Origin: Spirochaetia bacterium
GTDB lineage: Bacteria > Spirochaetota > Spirochaetia > DSM-16054 > Sediminispirochaetaceae
DNA length: 64,000 nucleotides
Assembly: GCA_034520965.1 (NCBI GenBank)
Contig: JAXHMY010000003.1
Span: 448,001-512,000, forward strand
Reading direction: 5' to 3'
This document shows, piece after piece, positions 20,587 through 31,457 of the stretch (the stretch's first letter is position 1; every line of letters starts with the position of its first letter). Below the pieces are notes generated by a model. The model saw only the letters and a program-made list of their open reading frames with translations, had not been told where the DNA came from and did not search any database. A program made the translations under genes and the position numbers.

Positions 20587-22574
20587 ATGTTTAAGAAAAT
20601 GAAAATCGGAACCAAAATGATTACCCTGTTTGTAATACTGATTGTCTCAGTAGCAGCTGGTATCGGGATCACCGCTTTTTATCAAGCAAGTATTGCGCTG
20701 GAAAATCAGGTTGAAGAGACTATCACCGACAAATCCAACGAAGCGGCGGTATTGGTAAGAAGCGAGCTTGATCATTACCTCGAACTTGGAACCGAACTTG
20801 CACGACATCCGGACCTCATTCGCATGGAGCTTGACACACAAATGGAGGCCCTGCGGACGATGGAAGAACGGCTGGACTTTTTAGGTATGGGCGTAATTTA
20901 TCCCGACGGGACAGCCTATTACCCCGACGGAACCACCGCCGAACTTGCCGACCGGGGGTATTTCCAAAGAGGCGATGCAGGGCAGGGGTAACTTTTCTCG
21001 ATGTGCTTATTTCCCGCGTGACGAATTCCGCCGTTATGATTCTGGCAGTACCTATCACAGATAACGGCGACGATCCTGCTGCAGTGCTGCTGATACGCCT
21101 GGATGCCACCTGGCTTAGCGACATCACCGACAGAATAGGCTACGGCGATACAGGATATGCGTATATGATAGACGGCGAGGGTGTGCTGATTGCCCACGAC
21201 AACCGGGACTATATTCTTGATCAGCGTAATTTTATTGAGGAAGGAAGAACGAACTCAGATTTTGCGCGTCTTGCACAGATGCTGCAGAGAATGACCGAAG
21301 GAGAAGAGGGCTTCGACGAGTACAACTTTATGGGATCAGTGCGTTTTTTCGGGTACTCACCGATCGAACGGTCGGAGTGGTCGATTGCAGTCGGCGGCTT
21401 TCGTGATGATATATTCCAGCAGATATACGATATGCGAATGACTATGATAATCATTGCCTCGATATTCGTCATACTCGGCATAATTATACTGGCCTTTTTC
21501 ACACGCAGTATCACAAAGCCGATCCGCCAGGGAGTAAATTTTGCCGGTGAGGTAGCCGACGGGAATTTACAGGCCACCATCGAAGTAAAACATGACGATG
21601 AAATTGGAGAACTGGCCAAGGCCTTGCGTAAAATGATAAGCAACCTGAAACGGATGGTTGGCGATGTAATGTCGGCCTCAGCCCAGGTAAGCTCCGGCAG
21701 CCAGCAGATGAGCTCCACCGCGGAACAACTCTCGCAGGGTTCCACCGAACAGGCATCTTCCATAGAAGAAGTGTCCTCCTCGATGGAGGAGATGAGTTCA
21801 AATATTAGCCAAAATGCGGACAACGCCAGCGAGACCGAAAAAATTGCAATTCAATCGGCCCAGGATGCTGAGAAAAGCGGCAAAGCCGTGATGGAAGCGG
21901 TGGAAGCAATGAATAAGATCGCTGAACGTATTACCATCATTGAAGAGATCGCCCGTCAGACGAACATGCTCTCGCTAAATGCCTCTATCGAAGCGGCTCG
22001 GGCCGGCGAGCATGGAAAGGGCTTTGCGGTGGTAGCCTCCGAAGTTGGTAAGCTAGCCGCCCGTAGTAAAGATGCCGCCGGGGAAATCAGCGAACTGTCT
22101 TCATCGACCGTGAGTGTAGCGCAAAATGCGAAGGATATGTTGGAACAGTTGGTGCCGAATATCCGCAAAACCGCAGACCTTGTTCAAGAGATAAGTGCCG
22201 CCAGCCGGGAGCAGAGCAACGGGGCCGATCAAATAAACACAGCTATTACCCAGCTTGACCAGGTTATTCAGCAGAATGCATCCGCCTCTGAAGAAATGGC
22301 CTCCGTTGCCGAAGAGCTTACCGGTCAGGCCGAAGAGCTGCAGCAGACAATCAGCTTCTTTACTATAGAAACCAGTGAGGAAAATCGGGAAAAAGGCCAG
22401 AAAAGATTGCAGATAGACTCTGTTGTCGCTACAGGCAAAAAAAGAGGAACAACACAGCAGCATGCATCGCGAAGCAACCAGGAAGAAACCGGCATTACCC
22501 CCGCCCAGGCGGACAAAAAAGAACAGAACACTTCGGAGAACGGACTAGACTCCGAGGATTTTGAGCGCTTCTAA
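20587..22574 (+). CDS. Methyl-accepting chemotaxis protein (Cache-HAMP-MA) with C-terminal pentapeptide; frameshifted at ~20966-20996
   Basis: TM, Cache-type segments (ADRGYF, GYAYMID.EG..IAH), [31 protein letters not shown], ends DFERF. Confidence 0.92.
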
Positions 22575-22591
22575 GCGGTGCCGGAGGCTCT

Positions 22592-23971
22592 ATGCGGATT
22601 TTAGTAGTAGACGACAGTTCATCATCGCGCCGACTCATCGCCGACATTCTTTCTCCACTACAAGCGGAGATAAGTGAAGCGGAGAACGGCCACGATGCCT
22701 TTGAAACAGTTCAGTCATCTCACTTTGATGCAGTAATCACCGATATAGACATGCCGGTGATGGACGGGGTCGAGCTCTGCAAACGGATAAAGGAAAAACC
22801 CGATTTACGGGGAATACCGATTATCATGGTCAGTAAGTTCGACTCCGATAAAGCCATCAACCGCGGCTTCGAAGCCGGTGCCTCGGAATACGTACCCAAG
22901 CCTCAAGTCCGCTTGCTGCTGCTCGAGCGTGTACAGCATATTCTGTCGGAGGCCTCGTTTTACCAAAATCAAACAATTCTAGTAGTAGACGACTCGTATA
23001 CTACCCTAAAGCTGATCTCCGGCCGGCTTTCTCGCTATGGATTCAAGGTCAAGACCGCACGCAACGGGGAAGAGGCGTTTAAGATTCTTGGCAAAACTGA
23101 AATCAACCTTGTGCTGAGCGATGTATTTATGCCGGTAATGGACGGGATAGAGTTTCTCCACGCCTTCAAGCAGACCGAATATCAAAAGCGCATACCGGTC
23201 ATTACCATGAGTACCAACAATGACCTACGCAGTATCCGTAAAATGCGGGAGATGGGCAGTGCGGCATATCTGATAAAACCGTTTAACATAGACTCTCTGG
23301 TGGTGCTCATAGAAAAACTCCTTTCCGACCAGTATCTACTTCTACTGCACGAAAAAGAGCAGCTTGAACAGGAGCAGAGGGCGATGCTTGACAACATAAC
23401 GAGCCTAATTACGGCGTTAGAAGCCCGGGACCTGTATACGAAGGGACATTCGGAGAATGTATCCAAGATTGCCGCCGGGATGGCGGAGATTGCAGGCAGC
23501 TCGGAAGAGGAAGTTGAGCAGGTCAAACGTGGGGCATTACTGCATGACATTGGCAAAATTGGCATAGCCGACTCCATTCTAAATAAACCTGGCCGTTTAA
23601 ACGATGATGAGTATGCCGAGATAAAGCGCCACCCGGAAATCGGCTATCGTATTCTCATGCCGCTATCGAGGCTGGAAGACGCCCACTCCATTGTACATTA
23701 CCACCACGAACGTTTCGACGGCAAAGGCTATCCCAGCGGAATAGCCGGAAAGGATATTCCCAAATGGGCTAGAATAGTTGCGGTAGCCGACACTTACGAT
23801 GCACTCAGCAACGAACGCTCATATAAACGCGCCTTTTCCCCGCACGAAGCATTTGATATTATAAATGAAGTAAAGGGCAGCCAATTATGTCCTGAAAGCG
23901 TAGCACTCTTTTTTGAGTATATGCAAAAGTGCGGAATTTTTCAGAAGGAGACCCTCAATGAGCACAAATAA
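22592..23971 (+). CDS. REC-REC-HD-GYP c-di-GMP phosphodiesterase response regulator
   Basis: Two receiver domains (VVDDS...TDIDMP; VVDDS...SDVFMP), GHSENV, LHDIGKIG, HHERFDGKGYP. Confidence 0.92.
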   Translation: MRILVVDDSSSSRRLIADILSPLQAEISEAENGHDAFETVQSSHFDAVITDIDMPVMDGVELCKRIKEKPDLRGIPIIMVSKFDSDKAINRGFEAGASEYVPKPQVRLLLLERVQHILSEASFYQNQTILVVDDSYTTLKLISGRLSRYGFKVKTARNGEEAFKILGKTEINLVLSDVFMPVMDGIEFLHAFKQTEYQKRIPVITMSTNNDLRSIRKMREMGSAAYLIKPFNIDSLVVLIEKLLSDQYLLLLHEKEQLEQEQRAMLDNITSLITALEARDLYTKGHSENVSKIAAGMAEIAGSSEEEVEQVKRGALLHDIGKIGIADSILNKPGRLNDDEYAEIKRHPEIGYRILMPLSRLEDAHSIVHYHHERFDGKGYPSGIAGKDIPKWARIVAVADTYDALSNERSYKRAFSPHEAFDIINEVKGSQLCPESVALFFEYMQKCGIFQKETLNEHK

Positions 23972-24476
23972 TGTAGATACCACCAATCAATACCTCACCT
24001 TCAGCTTGAGCAATGAATTATACGCATTGGAAGTATCCAAGGTAAAAGAAGTACTTGAGTATCAACCTATCACCAGAGTTCCTAAAACCCCTGATTTTAT
24101 GCGTGGAGTTATAAATGTTCGAGGAGGAATTGTCCCAATAGTGGACCTCAGACTCAAATTTGACCTTCCTGCACAGGAACAAACTGTCGATACCTGTATT
24201 ATCGTACTGGAAATAGCCATTGAAAATGAAACTATTACTGTCGGAACTATCGCAGATAATGTGCACGAAGTTGTTGAAATACAACCGGAAGAAATAGAGC
24301 CAACCCCCAAAATTGGAACTCGTTTAGATACCGACTTCATCGAGGGGATTGGGAAGAATAATGACCGTTTTTTAGTAATTTTGAATATCGATAAGATACT
24401 CACATCAGAAGAGATAACTTCTATGGCGGACCAGGCCGCACAGGATACCAGCGGCTCGACTGAGAAGCAGGAGTAA
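23958..24476 (+). CDS. cheW: Chemotaxis coupling protein CheW
   Basis: QYLTF.L, ITRVP, GVINVRGGIVPIVDLR. Confidence 0.95.
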   Translation: MSTNNVDTTNQYLTFSLSNELYALEVSKVKEVLEYQPITRVPKTPDFMRGVINVRGGIVPIVDLRLKFDLPAQEQTVDTCIIVLEIAIENETITVGTIADNVHEVVEIQPEEIEPTPKIGTRLDTDFIEGIGKNNDRFLVILNIDKILTSEEITSMADQAAQDTSGSTEKQE

Positions 24477-24483
24477 TAAGGGT

Positions 24484-25785
24484 ATGTCGGAAAAACTGAT
24501 AAAGACTTCAAGCGTCCTCATTATCGGACTGACGCTGCTTCTATACTCCACATTGTTTATATCAGAACCCTCCCTGCGGTTAATAATCGGTAGTGCTGCG
24601 GCGCTGGCTCTATCAGCTTTAGCCCTTTACCTGAACCACAGCTGGAAAAAACCGGCAGATCAGCCGATAGATACCACCACTTTAGGGGAGAGTTTACTCG
24701 TTACTGAACCATCGGCTGAACAATCAGCTGAACAGGCAGCTGAAACTTCAACCGAACCCGCTTCAGAGTCCTTACCTACAAGCGAAGCTGAACAGCATGA
24801 GACAAACGCCCATCAGCATATCGTGGAAGCACTCTTCGGTATGGCCAAAGTTGTTCCCATATTGAACGGACAACTCCAGGCGGTGATAGACTACACCGAA
24901 GAGGCGGCCATGGAGCTGTCACGCAGCTTCATCAGCATTAACCGTAAGGCAAAGGAGCAAGTTGATGATGTACGCCGGGTATTCGGTACGATGTCTCCCG
25001 GTGAGGATGACGGGAATAAAAAGAATGCCCTGGTCGACATCCGTGAGAACCTAAACTCACTCACTTCGGGTCTCGCCACCTTACTGGAGCAGATTAAGAA
25101 AAACAGTGAATCAATCAACAGTATTTTGTACCAGACCAAGTCAATTGAAGAGATCGTTGCCACTACCAACGAAATTACTGAAAACTCAAGGGTCCTTTCA
25201 ATCAATGCAACCATTGAGGCTGCCAGGGCCGGCGAACATGGCCGCGGTTTTGCCGTAGTTGCGGGCGAGTTCAAACAGATGACCGAAAGGTCTGAAAAAG
25301 CTACTGCAGAAATCGAGGAGACAGTCCGTATGATCTCCCAATTGATCGCGTCGGTTCAGACAGAAATTGAGGAGAGTAAGGATATCAGCCGCCGCTTAGG
25401 CGAAGAAACCAAAACCCATGGACGCAAGTCTTTAGATAAAATTGATGCAATGATGGATGGCGCAAAGCAGGACTTGCAAAAACTGAGTGAACAGGCAGAA
25501 TCCTTTGCCCAGGATATAAAATCAATCATAGTATCAATTCAATTTCAGGATATCACCCGTCAACGGATAGAACATGTGATAGAACCTCTCAAAGAGTTTG
25601 CCTCGGATATGGAGAAAATCGGAGAGTACCTGAACAACATCGATCGTACCGATTCAGCACAACAGCTAAGCAGTTTTGATTCAGCACTGGATCGTCTAAA
25701 ACAGAAATACACCATGGAAGCGGAAAAAGAGCTTCTAAAAAACAGCTTGACCAACAAGAATGAAACAGAAAAGGGGGAATCCTAA
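24484..25785 (+). CDS. Atypical MCP: 2 TM, no periplasmic domain, short signalling hairpin, CheZ-like motifs
   Basis: [23 protein letters not shown] tip; flanking VIDYTEEAA and QFQDITRQRIEHV. Confidence 0.85.
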   Translation: MSEKLIKTSSVLIIGLTLLLYSTLFISEPSLRLIIGSAAALALSALALYLNHSWKKPADQPIDTTTLGESLLVTEPSAEQSAEQAAETSTEPASESLPTSEAEQHETNAHQHIVEALFGMAKVVPILNGQLQAVIDYTEEAAMELSRSFISINRKAKEQVDDVRRVFGTMSPGEDDGNKKNALVDIRENLNSLTSGLATLLEQIKKNSESINSILYQTKSIEEIVATTNEITENSRVLSINATIEAARAGEHGRGFAVVAGEFKQMTERSEKATAEIEETVRMISQLIASVQTEIEESKDISRRLGEETKTHGRKSLDKIDAMMDGAKQDLQKLSEQAESFAQDIKSIIVSIQFQDITRQRIEHVIEPLKEFASDMEKIGEYLNNIDRTDSAQQLSSFDSALDRLKQKYTMEAEKELLKNSLTNKNETEKGES

Positions 25786-25786
25786 T

Positions 25787-26151
25787 ATGTCAAAAAAAAT
25801 ACTCATCGTTGACGATTCAAACTCTATGCGTCAGATGATCAGGTTTACACTCGAAGAAGAGGGATATCAGGTAGAAGAAGCGGTGAACGGCTTGAAGGGA
25901 ACTGAAAAACTGGACAGCTTTCATCCTGAGTTAATAATCACCGACATTCATATGCCAGAGATGAATGGAATTGAGTTTATATCACATACCCGTGAACACT
26001 CAAAATTCAAATTCACCCCCATTATTGTTCTTACTACGGAATCGGAAATGAACATGCAGGAAGAAGGTAAAAAAGCAGGAGCAACTGCCTGGCTGGTAAA
26101 GCCCTTCTCTCCGATTTACTGATTGAGACGGTAAAAAAGGTTGCCGGATAG
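25787..26151 (+). CDS. cheY: CheY response regulator; missing C at ~26111
   Basis: ILIVDDS, TDIHMP, LTTES, AGATAWLVKPF; repaired end PDLLIETVKKVAG*. Confidence 0.9.
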
Positions 26152-26168
26152 CAGTAAAGGAGACACAA

Positions 26169-26543
26169 ATGGATATTGAATTACAAAAGAATACGCAAGA
26201 GACTCGCCTTGTGTGCAGAGGAAATGCAACTGCAGAGGCCGCATCAGAGGTCCGTGATGTTCTACTTGAAGCCCTTCAGCTCGAACCTGCAGTAATGATT
26301 GATATAGCTGGAGTAAAAAAAGTTGATATCACCTTTCTGCAGCTGTTGGTCTCCGCCGAACGAACGGCCAAGGAGAATGACAAAAGTATTCAGATCGATC
26401 CATCTGCATACTGCGATGCGTTAATAAAGAGCGCTATGCGGGGCGGGTTCTACCGTGAAGCGGAGCATTTGGGTAGTTCTTCCACAAGTACAATCCTCGC
26501 CAACTATTATACACAGGTAATGCAGGGAGGGGACCGTGGCTGA
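26169..26543 (+). CDS. STAS-domain protein
   Basis: IDIAGVKKVDITFLQLLVSA motif; located between cheY and cheA. Confidence 0.85.
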   Translation: MDIELQKNTQETRLVCRGNATAEAASEVRDVLLEALQLEPAVMIDIAGVKKVDITFLQLLVSAERTAKENDKSIQIDPSAYCDALIKSAMRGGFYREAEHLGSSSTSTILANYYTQVMQGGDRG

Positions 26544-28659
26544 TCAATCGGAATATTATCGGGAAGAAGCCCGAGAACTATTGGAACTCATTGAACAGAA
26601 ACTCATTGATTTAGAAAACCAGCCGGAAGATACCGAGCTGCTTCACGCCATTTTTCGGGCTTTTCATACTATTAAGGGTTCCGGAAGCATGTTCGGCTAC
26701 GATGAGGTAGCAGGATTCACCCATGAAATCGAAACCCTGTTTGACTACCTACGGGACAAGCGGATTTCCAGCAATAAGCAGATCATTGATATCGCATTGG
26801 CTGCCAAAGACCATATTTCGGACCTTATCTTTTCTTCTGAAACAATTGACCCTGCAGCCGGCGAGAGTATTCTCAAGAGCGTCCGAAGCTACCTTGCACC
26901 ACAGCGAAGTTCTTCGGAAAGAAGCAAAGAGTCTACAAAGCAGCCTGCCCCGCCGCCGGTTACTGAGTCTGTGGCGGAAAATGATGCTTTGGAAACAACC
27001 TTCCGGATCACCATCTCACCTCAACGGGAATTTTTCCTGCGCGGAGCAAAAGTACTTCCCCTGCTGCAGGAACTTGAAGCACTCGGAACACCGCTCATAT
27101 TTGCCCACACCGGTGAGATTCCAGCCCTTGAGCAAATAGACCCCGAACTCTGTTATACTAGCTGGACCATCCTTTTAACTACCACCAAAAACAGAAATGC
27201 GATTCAGGATATTTTTATCTTTGTCGAAGACTACTCCGAGCTGCACATCAACGTAATAGATGATGCTGCCCAGCTTGATATTACCTCTGAATATAAGAGA
27301 ATTGGAGAAATTCTGTACGAACAGGGGTATGTAGACCAGGAAACCGTCGAATCGATAATGAAGCAGAAGGAACGCTTCGGCGAAGTTGCAATGAAGCAGG
27401 GCGTTGTGTCGAAGGATGCTATTGATTCAGCCCTCGGCGAACAGCAGTATGTTCGCGAAGTACGGCGCCAAAGACAGCAGCTCCAGTCCGGTACTACCAT
27501 CAGGGTAAAGAGTGAAAAGCTTGACGATTTGGTCAATCTGGTTGGTGAGATTGTTACGCTTCAGGCACGTTTAGCACAGTATACCGAAAGTGCACGTGAC
27601 GGAGACAGGGTATCAGTGGCTGAACTTGAGAATGTGAGCGAGAATATGGACCGCCTGACCTCGGAACTGCGTGAAAATACTATGGATATCCGTATGATTC
27701 CACTGGCGGAGACCTTCAACAGTTTTCATCGACTTGTCCGGGATTTATCGGCCGAGCTTGGTAAGGAGGTAGAACTGGTAACCTCCGGAGCCGAGACGGA
27801 GCTTGATAAAAACATTATTGATGCACTAAATGATCCCCTGGTTCATATCATCCGCAACTCGATAGATCACGGTTTAGAAAGTTCAGAGGAGCGTCAAAAA
27901 GCCGGAAAAGCCGGCAGTGGAACGGTGAGTATCAGTGCGGAGCACTCCGGTGCAAATGTGCTTATCAGGATAAAGGACGATGGACAAGGCCTGAGTTCCG
28001 AGAAAATTAGAAAAAAGGCTGTTCAACGCGGAATTATTAGCAAAGACAGCAAACTTAGCGACAGAGAGCTCTATTCGCTTATCTTTTCTCCCGGTTTTTC
28101 TACCACCGAAACGGCCACCAGCGTTTCCGGCCGCGGGGTGGGAATGGACGTGGTAAAGCGGAATATTGAGCAGTTGCGTGGAAAAGTACATATCGATTCT
28201 CAGCCGAACCTCGGAACTACAATTACCCTCACTATTCCGCTCACCCTCTCTATCATCGACGGACTACTGGTTTCTATAGGTCTTGAGCGCTATGTTATCA
28301 ACCTTTCAGCGGTAGAAGAGTGTTTTGAGCTCACCCCGGACCTTTTTCCAAAGGGGCAGAGAAATGAGTATTTATCCATACGCGGTGAGATAGTCCCATA
28401 TATTGATCTCAGAGAGCTATTTGCTGTTCAGGCAGCCGTCCCCCAATTTCGTGAAATAACCGTAGTAAAAGCAGGCGAAAGTAAGGTCGCCTTAATCGTA
28501 GACTCAATTATTGGACAGCATCAGACGGTTATAAAACCGCTCAATGCCGCCCTCAACTTTATCCAGGAAGTTTCTGGTTCAACGATCCTTGGCGACGGTA
28601 CAATCGCCTTTATTCTTGATATAAATAAATTAACCGAAAAGATTTCGACCGGCGTCTAA
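26536..28659 (+). CDS. cheA: Chemotaxis histidine kinase CheA with tandem MshEN-like motifs
   Basis: Hpt FRAFHTIKG, KLDDLVNLVGE, HIIRNSIDHG, SGRGVGMDVV, C-terminal CheW domain. Confidence 0.96.
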   Translation: MADQSEYYREEARELLELIEQKLIDLENQPEDTELLHAIFRAFHTIKGSGSMFGYDEVAGFTHEIETLFDYLRDKRISSNKQIIDIALAAKDHISDLIFSSETIDPAAGESILKSVRSYLAPQRSSSERSKESTKQPAPPPVTESVAENDALETTFRITISPQREFFLRGAKVLPLLQELEALGTPLIFAHTGEIPALEQIDPELCYTSWTILLTTTKNRNAIQDIFIFVEDYSELHINVIDDAAQLDITSEYKRIGEILYEQGYVDQETVESIMKQKERFGEVAMKQGVVSKDAIDSALGEQQYVREVRRQRQQLQSGTTIRVKSEKLDDLVNLVGEIVTLQARLAQYTESARDGDRVSVAELENVSENMDRLTSELRENTMDIRMIPLAETFNSFHRLVRDLSAELGKEVELVTSGAETELDKNIIDALNDPLVHIIRNSIDHGLESSEERQKAGKAGSGTVSISAEHSGANVLIRIKDDGQGLSSEKIRKKAVQRGIISKDSKLSDRELYSLIFSPGFSTTETATSVSGRGVGMDVVKRNIEQLRGKVHIDSQPNLGTTITLTIPLTLSIIDGLLVSIGLERYVINLSAVEECFELTPDLFPKGQRNEYLSIRGEIVPYIDLRELFAVQAAVPQFREITVVKAGESKVALIVDSIIGQHQTVIKPLNAALNFIQEVSGSTILGDGTIAFILDINKLTEKISTGV

Positions 28660-28701
28660 GGCATCTCAGCCGACGGCAAGTCTGTTGGAAGGAAAGGACA
28701 A

Positions 28702-29826
28702 ATGCAAGCAATTCAGGTGATGGTAGTCGACGACTCTGCTCTAGTCAGAGAGACTTTAGGTGATATCTTAAAAAGCGATCCCGATATAGAGCTATTTGCT
28801 ACTGCGCCCGACCCTATTATGGCAATGCGAAAGATGGAAATAGAGCGACCCGATGTGATAATCCTTGATATTGAAATGCCGAGGATGGACGGACTAACCT
28901 TCCTGAGCCGCTTGATGTCCGAAAATCCGCTTCCGGTTATCATCTGTTCCAGTAAATCGGAGTCCGGTTCCTCTAATGCCCTTAAAGCAATGGAATACGG
29001 GGCAGTGGATATTATCCAAAAACCAAAAATTGGAACCAAGCAGTTTTTTGAAGAATCCAAGGTAACTATCTCCGATGCGGTAAAAGCGGCTGCCCAAGCG
29101 CGTATTAAATCGGTGAACAGACGAACTCCCACAGCCCCTTCACCCTCCATCGATAGTCAGATAGAAACGAGGCCCAGCGAGAGTACCGGTCGCTTCACCA
29201 AAAACACCGCCGATGTAATTATGCCCGCCGCAACCGGGAATTACACAATAGAAACAACCGAGAAAGTAGTTGTTGTTGGAGCATCAACCGGCGGCACCGA
29301 AGCCCTGAAGGTTTTTCTAGAGATGATGCCTATTAACGCACCTCCGATTGTCATTGTGCAGCACATGCCCGAGAAGTTTACCACCGCCTTTGCGAAGCGC
29401 CTCGACGGGTATTGCGCGATCCATGTAAAGGAGGCGGCCAACAACGATTCGGTACTCCGGGGGCAAGCATTGATCGCCCCTGGCAACCAGCACACTCTGC
29501 TGAAACGCAGCGGAGCACGCTATTACACCGAGGTAAAAGAGGGGCCGCTGGTCTCTCGCCACCGCCCTTCGGTGGATGTACTGTTCAGGTCCGCATCCCG
29601 CTATGGAGGCAAAAACGTGATTGCAGTGCTAATGACCGGAATGGGAGACGACGGTGCATCCGGAATGCTGGAGCTAAAACAGGCCGGAGCTTATACTATT
29701 GCCCAAGACGAAAAATCCTGCATAGTCTTCGGTATGCCCAAGGAGGCTATTAAGCGCGGAGGTGTCGATCAGGTCTTATCTCTGGAACAAATTGCAGAGA
29801 ATGTGATAAAACAAGCCGTAAGCTAA
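28702..29826 (+). CDS. cheB: Chemotaxis methylesterase CheB
   Basis: REC domain plus [27 protein letters not shown]. Confidence 0.97.
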   Translation: MQAIQVMVVDDSALVRETLGDILKSDPDIELFATAPDPIMAMRKMEIERPDVIILDIEMPRMDGLTFLSRLMSENPLPVIICSSKSESGSSNALKAMEYGAVDIIQKPKIGTKQFFEESKVTISDAVKAAAQARIKSVNRRTPTAPSPSIDSQIETRPSESTGRFTKNTADVIMPAATGNYTIETTEKVVVVGASTGGTEALKVFLEMMPINAPPIVIVQHMPEKFTTAFAKRLDGYCAIHVKEAANNDSVLRGQALIAPGNQHTLLKRSGARYYTEVKEGPLVSRHRPSVDVLFRSASRYGGKNVIAVLMTGMGDDGASGMLELKQAGAYTIAQDEKSCIVFGMPKEAIKRGGVDQVLSLEQIAENVIKQAVS

Positions 29827-29907
29827 ATTTCCCAAAAGTCAGCATATTGCGATACTTTTGCAGCAGCTCTTGAAGTCCGGGAGTATATATTTCATACTTA
29901 TCCGGAT

Positions 29908-31392
29908 ATGAGCAAAAAGGGTATCCTAGAACCAGAGTACGATATACTTATCATCGGTGCCGGTGTAATCGGCACTGCTATTGCCCGCGAACTCTCCCGC
30001 TTTCAGCTCAGAATAGCTTTGCTGGAAAAAGAGGCTGATGTAGCCGAAGGAATAAGTAAAGCAAACAGCGGAGTGATGCACGCAGGCTTCAATGTAAAAC
30101 CCGACAGCCTGAAGGCGCGCTTTAATATAGCCGGCTTGCAGATGTTTCCTCAGCTGTGCAGCGAACTTGGGGTAGAATTTAAGCGCTGCACCAAGTTGGT
30201 AGTGGCTAAGGACGATCAGGAACACGCGTATCTGCAAAAACTCCTTGAACAGGGCCGGCGGAACGGGAGTACCGGGCTTTCCTTAATTAATTCCACACAG
30301 ATCAAACGTTTAGCCCCCGGCATCAGTGGTCGCTCTGCTCTTTATTCTCAATCTACCGGTATTATAAACCCATATCAATTCACCATAGCATTAGCAGAAA
30401 ACGCACAGCAAAACAACACTGAAATTTTCCTGAACCATACCGTGCAAGCTGTGCAGGCCGCCCAAAATACAGCTTTTACTGTCACCACAGATCAGCGACA
30501 GTTTAGCGCTCGAATAGTAATTAATGCCGCAGGTACACACTCCGACGAAGTGGCCCGAATGGCCGATCCCGACTTTCCCCTTACCATCTACCCGTGTCGG
30601 GGAGAATATCACATTCTCGACAAGCAGCACTCGGAACTGCTCGACTTGGCTGTATACCCGGTCCCGCCCCGGGACGGCAGCGGTTTAGGAGTACATCTTA
30701 CTCCGACTATTAATGGAAATATACTAATTGGACCTTCCACCGAGTACATTGAAGGCCGGGAGGATATAGCGACCACCGGGGATACCATGCAGCTGCTGCT
30801 AAAAGAGGCATTCGAGCTGCTGCCGGCCCTCCGGGGGGCCCAAGTTATCCGCAGTTACTCCGGGATTCGGCCAAAACTTTTCCATCCCTCTTCAGGGCGC
30901 AGCTTCGCCGATTTTCATATTGGGGAATCATCTTCGGTTCCCGGTTTTATAAATCTTGTGGGTATTGAATCCCCAGGGCTTACCAGTGCTCCGGCAATTG
31001 CGAGCTACATAAAAGACAACTTTATCGCCGCCTATTTTAAGCTTCGGCCTTATGAAAATTTCACAGTCCACAGACCTGCACCCCTTCGCAGAGAATTTCT
31101 TTCCCCGCCAGAACGCCGTAAATTGGCCCAACAGGACCATGATTTTGCCGAGATCATCTGCCGCTGCGAAGGAATTAGCCGTGGCGAAGTACTAAGAGCT
31201 ATAGAAAATCCTTTGGGAGTGCGTACTTTGAACGGAATTAAAAAGAGAACCCACTCTATGATGGGTCGCTGCCAAGGCGGCTTCTGTCTGGCGAGAATAG
31301 CAGAAATCCTGCAGGAAGAGTACGGAATTGCTCCCGATGAAATTCGCCAAAACGGACCAGCGAGCACTCTCTGTTCGGCGGGACGACTGTAA
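29908..31392 (+). CDS. FAD-dependent oxidoreductase (GlpA/LhgO-like) with C-terminal BFD-type [2Fe-2S] domain
   Basis: IIGAGVIG, SKANSGVMHAG, RGEY, GIESPGLTSAPAI, ICRCE...MGRCQGGFC. Confidence 0.88.
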   Translation: MSKKGILEPEYDILIIGAGVIGTAIARELSRFQLRIALLEKEADVAEGISKANSGVMHAGFNVKPDSLKARFNIAGLQMFPQLCSELGVEFKRCTKLVVAKDDQEHAYLQKLLEQGRRNGSTGLSLINSTQIKRLAPGISGRSALYSQSTGIINPYQFTIALAENAQQNNTEIFLNHTVQAVQAAQNTAFTVTTDQRQFSARIVINAAGTHSDEVARMADPDFPLTIYPCRGEYHILDKQHSELLDLAVYPVPPRDGSGLGVHLTPTINGNILIGPSTEYIEGREDIATTGDTMQLLLKEAFELLPALRGAQVIRSYSGIRPKLFHPSSGRSFADFHIGESSSVPGFINLVGIESPGLTSAPAIASYIKDNFIAAYFKLRPYENFTVHRPAPLRREFLSPPERRKLAQQDHDFAEIICRCEGISRGEVLRAIENPLGVRTLNGIKKRTHSMMGRCQGGFCLARIAEILQEEYGIAPDEIRQNGPASTLCSAGRL

Positions 31393-31457
31393 AAATTCAC
31401 AAAAGACCCATCAAAGCTGTTGACATTTTCCCGTACATTACTATAGTTATTACCATT

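Noticed and set aside
31393..31457. T-box leader for gatCAB-aspS
   Set aside because: The spacer is 65 nt and holds a plain promoter (TTGACA-16-TATAGT); there is no T-box consensus.
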